Source: Hydrurus foetidus (Eukaryota). Taken from it: a stretch of 64,000 nt of DNA. The notes under the pieces are model-generated. The model had not been told where the DNA came from. It did no database searches and worked only from the letters and a program-made list of their open reading frames with translations. Both the position numbers and the translations under genes were made by a program. Location of the stretch: contig UYFQ01000738.1 in the NCBI GenBank assembly GCA_900617105.1, forward strand, positions 1-64,000, read 5' to 3'. This document shows, in pieces, positions 53,316 through 64,000 of the stretch (within the stretch, counting starts at the first letter, position 1; the number at the start of each line of letters is the position of its first letter).

Positions 53316-54473
53316 TGCATGAGTCTCTTGCGTTTTGTGTGTTGAATTTCATGTCTACGATGTCTACATCTCTTTTTGTATACAGCAACCCAGTTTCCTT
53401 GAGTGAGACTCTGTCGACAGGGATATTGATGACTAATAATGCAGCGCACGGAAATGATGTCATATTTAACCTCTCTGAGTACTTTGGGGTTCTTACGGCT
53501 TGATCCGGCTAAATTTAACTGATTGCACTTATCACTGGTTATCATGCAGTGAGACATCGCAGTGGCGCTGATAACTGTCATTTTCACAACCGATAAGAGG
53601 GTCCGCTACAATGTGTGGCCATCAGTGGTACAATTCCAAACGTTGCTACATTGTTCTGTAGGTTAACGAAACTCAACGGCAACTGAGCCATAAGATCATT
53701 TGACAAACAGTGTCTTGATGCGCCCGAGGCCTGGAGATTTTCGGCTTGTGCCTAGGAACATGCAGCCTATTCCGTGAACGGGATTGAGAAGTGGACGTAC
53801 TGTATTTTCAGAATCAGTTAAATATAGCCGGGTTAAGCCGCAACTATTCCGACCTACTGGAAGGTTCGGGATTTGCACGTTGATAGTTTCTTCTTTAGTG
53901 CGTTGCACACTCGTATTCTTTAATTATCCCGAAATGATTTGGGACACCGACCTTGCATGATTTTGTCTAAGTTGCACAGATTCGCTTTTCGGGGGAAGTT
54001 TCCAATGTGGCATGATATGTCTACACCAAGGGGTCTACACGGTGTTACTCATCTCTAACAATCTCAGGTCAGGTGATTTCTGTCTCCTCAATCTGGGCCG
54101 CTTCTGCGTTCAGCAGCAGTATTGCGTACACTGGTTGCCGCTTTGATCTCAGAACGATTTGCTGTCAGGAAATCCATACGCGCGCTATTGCGATACTGAT
54201 ATTCTCTGGTATCTACAAATTCGACTTCCACGACTAGCCAAAGAGGACAGATGAGCTCTCAATGGACTTCAACCAGTAGTAACTCCTCTCCTAGTGATGC
54301 TGCTGCAGAGTTATCAGTATCCGCTAGATTAATCTCGACCATGAGTTTCGTTTGACATCGAAAGTTGTTCGGGGTCGTTACATGGGCACGGAAGACTTCT
54401 GGTGGCGGATTGACGTGGTTTATTTTACATGGGTTCTCTCAAAATCAGGCAGGGACAAAATGGGGTTGCATTT

Positions 54474-55124
54474 TTACTCTGCGACTTTGAGTGATGCTGT
54501 CTTTCTCAATCTGGTAATGGCAGTTCTAACTGTTACCGCGGCAGCGGTACTGAGAAAGATGGAAAAGTAAACGTTGTCACGAATGAGTGCTGTGATATAA
54601 ATAAGGTCGTCGACAAAGTCGCAGTCAGATACAGTAAGAGCCGTATTTGGACCTGGCTTTCAATGAGTAGATATGATGATGTGTGCAGATGATATATATG
54701 TGATGTGATATCACCTTAAGACGTATGCGCCTCCAGCCATAACTTTCTTGCATCTGAGGCATTTCCATACACCGGTTGCTTGTCTTTTGACGCTATCATA
54801 TTGAAATTTTATTGCACATCGTAAGGACATCTGCTGATTTTCTCACTGTTGTTCCAAGCTGATGTTGATTCTGTAACTTACGCGTTCTTGCCGCAGAAAG
54901 AGCAATTGTACTTGGCGTGCTGTGTCACTTCCATCTTCTTGATGACTTTACGGAGAGTGGCACCATATCTGGTACCATATTTACCGCAAATGCCAACCTT
55001 TTTCGTGTGGTTTCCCTGTAATCAAAGTTTCGAGGTAACAGCATGAGCTTTTGACAAACTAATCACTGCCTAATTTCCCCGCTGTAGAGCCAAAACGCGT
55101 GTTCCTCAGTGATGTTCTCACCAT
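54474..55124 (-). CDS. RPL37A: 60S ribosomal protein L37a (eL43), four exons; first exon is ATG only
   Basis: [88 protein letters not shown]. Absent from the ORF track because the exons are short. Confidence 0.97.
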
Positions 55125-55456
55125 TTTAAATAGATGCCTGTCTGTGACTCAACCCGTCAAAAGTAGTCTCCTAGACACATTTATAGGGTCCTCTGTAATG
55201 GAAGCTATCATCTCCGCCTCCGCTCGGAGCCCAAAGCCAGAGAAATTTATAAGCGACACAAAGAAAAATCTTCAGAAGTCGTTTTTGAAGGATTATCCGT
55301 TTTCTATGACAAAGAAAAATGAAAAATTGGGGGAATTTTTACGGTTTCCCTGTCTACCATCCCACTGCATTCAGCAGGTTAGAGGTTACATTGTTCGAAC
55401 ATTACAGTTTGAGGTGATGAATCAAACACAACTTCCTGTCATTCCTTTCGCTGCTC

Positions 55457-56689
55457 ATGTTGATGGAGGCGAAATTGAGCTGCACTATCTGCGGGATCAG
55501 TGACTTCGAGTCGAGGAACAAGCTTTTCAAGCATCTGAAATCATGCGCTACCGCATCAAATGGTTCTGCTGATATTTTGTCATCAGTAAAGGTTGACCAG
55601 AGTGTTTCTGATAAGTACATATATGTAACTGGCGGGCGATGTCGAGGTCGAACACTTGGTAGCGTGGAACGGTACAGTCTGGAGCTCAAGAGATGGGAAG
55701 AATGCCTTCACATGATGGAAAATAGGGGCAGTCACGGAGCTGCTGCAATTGATAATATGCTGTATGTTTTTGGTGGCGGTGGTTTCAGGTCAAATTTAGC
55801 CACTTGCGAAATGTTTGACAGTAAGCTGCTGACCTGGAAGGCGGTTGCACCATTGAAGACTTTTAGGCATGCTCTAGTCGTGTTTTCAATGGTAGTGTCT
55901 GACACATTGTTTACAGAGCAGCAGTCAGTCATTCCAATAACTAGCACTCATAGGGAACTTTGCTCATCTAAGAATTCAATGGACTTAATATTTGCTGTCG
56001 GTGGCTGGTATGATGGATCTGTTTGTTCTGGGGATGTTGAAGTCTACGATCATCTCACGGACTCATGGTTTGCATGTGCTCAACTGGCGGTGCCCCGCCG
56101 TCTTCTTGGGGCGTCAGCTTATAAGAATCAAATATATGTATTTGGTGGGAACTGCGATGATGGAGTGTGGTTTACAGCTGCTGTAGAATGTTTAGATTTC
56201 GCCTCTAACTGTTGGTCGCGGAAGAAGGATCTCCCCTCCCCTGGCCCTGCATCAGCGGTAACGATTGGGGACTACATCTACGTGATTCTGCACGGAAAGA
56301 GAATGATGAGATACTGCCCATTATCTGATACCTACACGAACCTCGCAGCATTGCCCTTGAAGGAGTGGTTTTGCTTCGATGTGACATCCTTAGGATATCT
56401 CGTGTACCTGCATGGAGGCGTCTCTCAGGGGGACTCTTCGAAAGCATTCTACTCGTACGACATCAGAACGGACACGTGGGAGGAGCTGCCTGCCATGCTG
56501 TATCCTCGCAGGAGATGCGCTGCTGCCATTATGGTGGCGGATCCCAACCCTAACCCCTCCACTGTTCCCCTTCCTAATCCCTATTCTAATCTGTCCCTTG
56601 TTCCTAATCCTATTGCTAATCCTTCTCCGTGTGTGGTGCTGAGTGATCAGTCAGAGGAGTCCGCCAAGAAGCAGAAGGTGGTCGAGTAA
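55457..56689 (+). CDS. Kelch-repeat beta-propeller protein with N-terminal C2H2-like zinc finger, intronless
   Basis: CTICGISDFESRNKLFKHLKSC followed by about six Kelch blades (IYVTGG..VERY..W; LYVFGG; IFAVGG; IYVFGG; VYLHGG..YDIRTDTW). Confidence 0.9.
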   Translation: MLMEAKLSCTICGISDFESRNKLFKHLKSCATASNGSADILSSVKVDQSVSDKYIYVTGGRCRGRTLGSVERYSLELKRWEECLHMMENRGSHGAAAIDNMLYVFGGGGFRSNLATCEMFDSKLLTWKAVAPLKTFRHALVVFSMVVSDTLFTEQQSVIPITSTHRELCSSKNSMDLIFAVGGWYDGSVCSGDVEVYDHLTDSWFACAQLAVPRRLLGASAYKNQIYVFGGNCDDGVWFTAAVECLDFASNCWSRKKDLPSPGPASAVTIGDYIYVILHGKRMMRYCPLSDTYTNLAALPLKEWFCFDVTSLGYLVYLHGGVSQGDSSKAFYSYDIRTDTWEELPAMLYPRRRCAAAIMVADPNPNPSTVPLPNPYSNLSLVPNPIANPSPCVVLSDQSEESAKKQKVVE

Positions 56690-57845
56690 TTCAAATATTC
56701 TAGAAGTAGTTGCGGTGTCAAGATAGGATCAGTGCGGGAGATGATGGAGGTTGTTCTCGAGAGAACAGTGCTGTACTTACATGTTAGAGTTGACGCCATT
56801 GCATTCGCAATGGCACATGTGATGTCCTGTTTACCATGACATAGTATTGTATCACACACCATTTCACAGTGCGGCATGACTGACTGTCTGCCTTGACCTG
56901 TAAACAGTAATACCATACAGCGAATCAATCCTCTTCACAGTCTCGGACTCAATGCCGCACACTCCGATACCCGCCCTGTAGTGCCAGCCCTACATGATTT
57001 TCTTATCTCAATCTTCATGGGCTTCCTTTCAGCTTAATGGTGATAGATTTTGAACAGCAGCACTATACTCCGTTGTCGTGTCCCTTCGTGATCTATAAAG
57101 TGAGTGGAGTCGGATCGGATTAGGTTAATCTGTTCCACTCCTTGTAAAACATACTGCACTGCACTGTTTGGTATCATACTGGCGAACTTGTCGAGATCAT
57201 TTCGACATTCTTCAACGGGATAACTAACACTCAAATGCGACTCAGCGGAAAAGAAAGAAGAGAAGATAAATGTATTAACGTTAGTGGAGACTTTCAAACA
57301 CATCCAAAGGAAATACAGGACAGTAAAGCAGAATGATTCTGATACTGTAGAGCAGAACACATGGGGTAGCTAGGTGACGCTAGCTATCTTATACAGTATG
57401 TATTCTCCATTCTTCTCATCTTCTTCCACTTCTTTTTACCTACTATAACAGTTGCACAGCGTTCCCAAATAGAAAAAAATAGTGAATATCTACGAAACGA
57501 TACAATGGTATACAGTACACAATACGGATAAGATGTAATGTAATGCACAGCGGGTAGATGCTTCGACTGCTCAATTGTACACTAAATTAAAATGTTCATC
57601 TCACCATACTGAATAAAATTGAACTGAATAAACTTGGAGAAGATAACCGGCTCAGCTTTCGCTGCTGAAATGAATGTCTATTGGCTCTTGTGATGTGTGA
57701 TGTATTGTGTTGCGATATATTGTGTTGCGATACACTGTACATATGTGCATGTCTATTCGTGTGAATGTACATATCTTCTCGGTGGAATCCATTTGAGCTA
57801 GTTGCGACCACGAAAGTGGTGTGACGCACTGTGCAACACTCAGAT

Positions 57846-60800
57846 TCACCGACCCCTACCTAACCCCGCCCCCTCCCTGCCCCCTTCGTACACCCTCAAC
57901 TTCTTCACAGCCTCGGAATGCGCGTACTTCAAATTTTCAATTTCCTCGAAGAAGTCCAGATCGAACGCAGAGAGTTCCTGTCGAAGCTTTTCGTTTTCTT
58001 CTCTCAATCGGGCAGTCTCCTGTGTCGCTGCTGCGATGTTTCTCTCACCCTCCTTCATGGCTTGTTTTTTGTTCTGACCCTGTTTGCTGATGAGGTCGTT
58101 CAACTGCACCTGCAGTGCGGCAATCTCCTCTCTATCTTCGGCCGCATTCAGCCGTAATTCGGCTATTTCCTTCCCCTCCTTGTTCACCCCTTGGGGTGGT
58201 GGTTTATCTCTGGAGAGCTGTCTGGCCTGCTGCACAGTGACCTCTAACTGCTGCACCCTTCCTTCAGCTGCTGTTGCCTTCCTTCTAAAGGCCTCCTTCT
58301 CCGCGACAAGGAGATCCACCGACTCCTTCGCAACGGCTAGTTCGTCCTCCTTGGCCTTGAGCTGCTTGCGCACAGAGGTGAGTTGCTGCTGTCTCTGAGT
58401 CACCTTCTGCCCACTCTCCTCCATTGACTTCATCTTGGCCTGCAGGGCGAGAAGGCTTTCTTCCAATTTCTCGCCTTTCTTCTTCTCCAAGATTAGCTTC
58501 ACACTCTCCCCTCCTGCTCCTGTCCCCTTTAATTTGGAGTCCGCATCAACACCTGAAGGACCGACAGGACCGGTGCCTACTCCTCTGCGCAACCTGTCAT
58601 TCTCGCTCTTCATTTTGTCGATAACTTTCTTCATCGCCTCCACTACCCCCTCGAGGTCTCTCTCCCTCTTACCCCCCTTACCCCCGGATCCTGACCCCTG
58701 TCCCGCCCTCTCTTCCTCCCATGCGAAGGTTCTAGACCCTGTTCCTGTTTTGGCGTCATGCACCCCTGTTGCGCTGACTACATTCTTGTAAGCGGCTTCC
58801 AGTTCTCTGACCCTCCTCTTGAGTCGCTCCACATCCAACTCTCTCGCCTCTAAGTCGAATCTGATTTCGTGTAGTAACATATGTATAGTGAACAGTGAAC
58901 AGCGAGTAACAAAGGAGAGGAGAGGGAGAGAGAGAGATCGTAGACTAGTCTGGGTACGTGAAGGGAAGTGATGGCTGACTCTATCACCAGTTGAGATGTT
59001 TCATTCCCTGGAAGGGGCAGAGGGAATGGATGGGCGGCATGGCACTCCTGTCGCCCACAATCCGTCTGATACATTCTGGCTAGACATGTTATGTTGTATA
59101 CTGATCTTATCGCGTCACATCTTATCGCGTCACATCCAATCCCATCTAATCTAATCTCCTCACAACTCATTCCGTCCTATCCAACCCTATCCAACTCAAT
59201 CCAACAGCATCAAATCTCATCTCTCCCCTCACCTTATTTCCATGGCCTGTGAGTCCCTTTCTAGCAGTGCTCCTTCGAGATCCACACGTTGCTTGCGGGC
59301 TCTCTCTAGTCCTTCTCGAAGACGCTCCTCTCGCATAAACCTAAGGAATAGAAATGATAGAAAATAGGTCAGGTCAGGTCAGGTCAGGACAGGACAGGAC
59401 TGTTGTGCAGAGGAGAACACAGCACAGAGTACATAGCCTATCATAGTATAGGGCGACATAACATAGTATATCGCAACGCGTCCCATCATAACTTTTCATG
59501 TCATGTCATGTCATGTCATAGAAGGAGTGGCATGTCACAGCACGGACTTAGGCTGAGAATCAGAGCGCAGGGCAGCATAGTAATCGATGAGCGCAAGAGT
59601 CACGCCTCAATCCACTCTGCTACTACACAACGACAGCAAAGTAGAGGAAGTTATGCCCTAACTGCACTGCACTGCACTGCACTACACTACACTGCACTAC
59701 ACTGCACAACACTGCACTGCACTGCACTGCACTACGCTGCACTGCACTACACTACACTGCGCTGCACTGCACAATATTGCATCACGAGAAGCAGCAGTGC
59801 AGGTGTCTCACCTGTCTTCTGAGTCTCTCATGGACTGACCCCCTTGACCCTGTCCCTGGATCCTAGTCAGTCTCTCTTGCGCTTCTTCCAGATCGATGGA
59901 GACTTCTTCCTCTCTGTTCCGAGCTGCGGACAACTGCTGACGCAAAGTTGTGATCTGAAGATTGAAGGGAGCGGGAGAGAGGAAGATAGAGGAGGGAGAG
60001 AGATTGAGGGAAATGAGTGAGGGGGAGGGAAGGGCTAGTGGTGGAGGGGAGAGGGGAGTAAGTAAGCCGGTCAGATATGGTAATCGTCCACCAGGTAGTA
60101 CGAGTGAATGGATGTCTATGAAATCTCGCCTCTCTCGCGTGGTCACAAAACGCTCACACACGTCCACGCACACATATACGTGTTAACAACTCAAGCACAC
60201 TCACACACACTCTCACCTCGTTGTGCAGGTCCACTTCCACTCTCCTCTGTAACCGGGAGTTCTCGTCCTCCAGTGCGAAGATCTTAGACCTCGCAGATTC
60301 TAGACCCTCCACGTCCTCCAGACTCGCCTTCTTGTTCTCAATGTTGATTCTAGAGCTCTGACTCATTTTCTTGGAGATTTCCTCTTTTGCTATGATGGCT
60401 GACTGGGCTGCGTCTCTTGACTTCTTCAGTTGCGCGGTGAGGTCGGTTACTTCCTCCACTTGGGCTTGCAGACGCTCTTCAAGCACTGTGATGCGTTTTT
60501 GCAACTTTTTGTCCGTCTCCCATTTGGCGTGTTGCTGCTGTCGCACATCTCCATCTCCCTTCTTCCCTCCCCCTCGCTCTCCATCTCCCTTCCTCCCTCC
60601 CCCTCGCTCTGCATTCTCCTTCTCCCCCTCCTTGTTCTCCCCTCTGCCCAACACGTTGCCTCCCCCCGTCCCGTATCCCAGGACTTGTCCCTTCGCCGAG
60701 AAAGCCGTGACTGATCCGTACCGCCCGGCTGAACCTGTAAGTATGTACAGATTGAACGGATTAGCAAAGGAATTGATTGTGATATCAGTTAGACTGAATC

Positions 60801-63800
60801 TATTGTGCTGATGAGCTGATGTGTCCTGCGTACGCACACAGACGGGCGAACGATTGAGTCTTCGTGTCGCATACAGCCCGTCTCTCCTTCTCATCTTTTG
60901 TCTCATCTTAACATCTTTCCTCCACTCACCTGGCTCTCTTTCGTATTTCTCTTTGTCGTCCACATGTTCCTCCTCTCCAGATGTCTTCCGAAGAATCAAG
61001 TTCTGAGTCCGCAGCACCTCTGCCTCTGTCTCTAAGTGTTCGATGCGAGAGAGGGCCTCCTCCAGTTTAACACCGCTGGGCGCCTTCCCCTTTCCTTCTA
61101 GGAACTCCTTCAACTTGTCCCTCAGCCGCACCTCCTTCTTCTTCGTCTCCTCCAGCTCCTTCCTGCACCGCGTGAGTCCCTCCTGCGCTGCTGCTGCCTG
61201 AGCCTCCGCTCTCCCCACCTGGCTCTCCAACCTGTCCGACTCCTCTTGGGCCGCCTGTCTGGCAGAGTTCAACTTCTCCCTCGTCTGCCTAGCCTTCTCC
61301 AGATCCTCCTTGGCGAGACGCAGACCGTCTCTGAGGGCTGATATCTGCGACCTCAACTCCCTCAGCACAGACTCGCCCATGCCCTCCTCTCTGCGAGACC
61401 CTGGACCCGCTCTACCCCCATCCCCGTCCCTATCATCGTCATCATCATCATCTCTGCTCCTGCTCCTCCCTCCTCCTTTCTCTTTGACCTTATCATTTGT
61501 CTTGCTCTTCGCGACTGCGTCTTTCATGAGCACAGCAGCCACTGCCTTCTCCTCCTCCACCTTGATGAACTCCTCCTTCAAGCGGACTATGATGTCCCGG
61601 TACCCCTTGATCTTCTCGTTCTTGCCCTTCACCAACTTCTGCAACTCTAGAATCTTAAGGTTCACGTTACCTGACTGTCCGGGCGCTGCTAATTCTCCCT
61701 CTGACGTAACAAGTGCTCTTTGTGTGTCAGCCTCCTTACCCCCATCCCTGTCCCTCTCTCTGTCCCGGTCTCCTGTATTAGGATGGGGAGGGGGATAGCC
61801 ACCGGCACTCATTGACGCTTGTCTGTCGTTAGCCTGGCGCTGTACGTGTGCGGTGTACTTCCCCTCACTAGCCTGAAGCTGCTGAGCCAACAGAATCATA
61901 TCACCCTTCATGGCGTCCATCTCCTTCAGGGCAGTGCCGCATCGTATCTCCGCCCTCTCCCTCTGGTTCTCTTGACTCGACAGCCGCTGTTCAAGCTGAC
62001 TTATCGTCCTGTCCTTATCAGTTATGATCTGATCTGCATGCTCGATCTGCTCCAACAGTCGTGTGTGTGCTGAGAACGCTTCTTCTTCGTTCCCTCCCGT
62101 CCCCTTGGCCCGTCCTCCTGGAGGGTCCAGATCGTGGGTCAGCCGTTCCAAAAGTGCATCCGCTTTTCTGTCCGCCGCACTTTTTGGTTTTTGTACCATT
62201 TTAGCGTCTTCTAGTTTTTCTCTGTACTTCTCGATGGCTCTGTTCTTCTCGTCTAGCAGCTGTTTCATGCTCGCCATGGTGGCGGTGGCCGCCTCTTGAA
62301 GCCGCTCTTGGTCCTCAGGAGAGAACCCCTGCTTCCCTCTCCTCCCTACCCCTCCCTGTCCTTGTGCATACTCTGCTCCTATGCTGCCTCGCTGGTTGCC
62401 CTTGATGTCTGGTAGTCCCTCCTTGTCCATCACTCCCTCGTAGTATGTCACGTGTCTCTCCATCTCCCTCAGAGCTGCTTCGCACTCACTCAGAGAGCTC
62501 TGCAGGCGGTCCCCCCTCAATTTGAACTCGCCCGCCTCCCTCCTACTCACCATCAGGACTTCGTTCATCTCTTCTATTCTCTTCACCAAATCATCAGGAT
62601 CACAACGGGACAGATCTTCATTGGAACCAATGTCCACTCCCCCTCCTCCTACTCCTACTCTTCTTCCTTCCCCTCTTCCTCTGCCTGCTCTGCCATCCTT
62701 GTGAGGTGCATCGTGTGTGGATGCGGAGTAGCTGACCTTCCTCTCTTCGTACCCTCCCTCCTCCATCTCCCCCTCTCCGTCCCCCTCTTCATAGTTTCCT
62801 ATGTTGATCAGGCCTCCTCTCAACTTCTTGTACTCCAATATAGTGTCCCCCAATGGGACGATACCTCCCCTGTTCACCGCTGATGCATCATTCTCCTGTG
62901 TCCCTTCCGGATAGGAGAGATCCATGAGGAGGTTCTGCGTCTCTGCCCTTACCTTACCTTCTTCCAAGTCTTCCACATCAGCTTGGATAGACACCAACAT
63001 GTTCTGCAGGAGTTTCTTCTCCTGTCGCAGCACTTGTATTTCCCTTCTTTGCTGCAGTGCTGCTAGCTTGTGCGTCCTCACCTCTTCGCTGAGGGCCACG
63101 AGTCGCATGGCTAGTGCCTGCTGCTTGTTCTTCCCCTTACTCAACGCCTCCAGATCGAGACACCTCTGCGTTAGGAGGTCCTTCTCAACGGTCAGGTCCT
63201 GCGCCACCCCCTTGAGGGTCAAGCTCTCCTCTTCAGCCTTGGAGGCCTTGGCTACGGCACCCTCGGCTAGGGTGGAGAGCGAGTGCACTTTATCCGACAT
63301 TGACAGCAGCTTGTCTCCGATGCTCACTAGTTTCCTTCCCTTGTTCCTCGTGAGATCACTCTTGCTCTTGCTCCCCCTCCCACCCCCTACCCCACCCCCC
63401 ATCGCTCCTCCTGGGGTGTATCCCCTGGGGTCATCCTCTGCAGACGCCATGTTGCGCAGAGTGCGTAGACTCTTCTTGAGAGCCGCCACCTCCAGTCTGT
63501 GCGTGTCCTGTATCGTCAGCACGGCTCTCTCCCTCTCGTCCAGGCGAGTCTCGAGAACCCTGCGGTTAGAAGGGAGAGTGGGAGGGGAGAGAAGGTGGAA
63601 GGAGGGGAGGGAAGTCAGCGGTGAGCACGGAACTGTTCAGTGCTGAGTAGGTGTTCGGCGGCGCATTCATACAGGAGAAAAGGCAACAGTGTAGTGATGT
63701 ACAGTTTTTATTGCGGAACTCTTCGGTAACTATCGTCTCATTAGTTGTACCGCTCAACACAAACTGTGTTAGGTAGCAAGGATCAGTAGATCACAACACA

Positions 63801-64000
63801 ACACAACACATCACATCACATCACAACACATCACAACACAACACAACACAACACAACACAACACAACACAAAATAAAATAAAACGGCACAGCTCGGCACA
63901 ACATTGAAACACATGAGACTCACAGAACCATCACGTACGCATGATATGTAACCGTACGTACGTACCTCATGGCGAGTTCTCTCTGACGCATGTTGCCGCT
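57846..64000 (-). CDS. CEP290: CEP290-like ciliary transition-zone coiled-coil protein, 3' part; 5' end beyond the window
   Basis: C-terminal LRQELSAFDLDFFEEIENLKY matches the CEP290 terminal motif, and KWETDKKLQKRI is also CEP290-like. Exons about 64000-63965, 63562-60930, 60734-60217, 59953-59811, 59340-59233, 58860-57846. Confidence 0.85.
59661..59771. repeat. (CTGCA/CTACA)n pentanucleotide microsatellite, intronic
   Basis: Directly visible in a CEP290 intron. Confidence 0.9.
63792..63870. repeat. (CACAA/CATCA)n pentanucleotide microsatellite, intronic
   Basis: Directly visible in a CEP290 intron. Confidence 0.9.

Noticed and set aside
53640..54400. Possible ncRNA or small gene between Pol X and RPL37A
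   Set aside because: No convincing ORF, splice pattern or recognisable RNA motif by eye. An Rfam/Infernal scan would be needed.
9604..64000. Functional cluster of cilium/basal-body genes (TAPT1, MORN1, NEK, CEP290)
   Set aside because: Interspersed with unrelated housekeeping genes. Such genes are numerous in flagellates, so chance co-occurrence is plausible.

Overview
Eukaryotic nuclear DNA with GT-AG spliceosomal introns. It most likely comes from a flagellated, plastid-bearing stramenopile (ochrophyte, possibly chrysophyte-like), inferred from a bipartite-targeted FtsH plus CEP290, MORN1 and NEK genes. Bases 1-~7.3 kb are the internal and 3' part of a Ty3/Gypsy chromodomain LTR retrotransposon (Gag with a long N/D/R-rich extension, CCHC knuckle, PR-RT-RH-INT-chromodomain, PPT). 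Its gag and pol are out of frame but fuse exactly if a 289-nt GT..AG segment bounded by an 11-bp direct repeat is spliced out. Just after the PPT lies an antisense five-exon orphan gene. The rest is a compact host gene array: TAPT1, a coiled-coil protein, a MORN1-like protein, a large coiled-coil/KOW protein, RPS3, a NIMA-related kinase, plastid FtsH, a PHO80/U-type cyclin with an apparent signal peptide, an X-family DNA polymerase, RPL37A, a Zn-finger/Kelch protein and the 3' part of CEP290. One 9.3-kb intron of the polymerase gene holds a ~9-kb compound pentamer satellite. Many introns carry period-5 microsatellites of different sequences. All gene models were assembled by eye; no searches were run.
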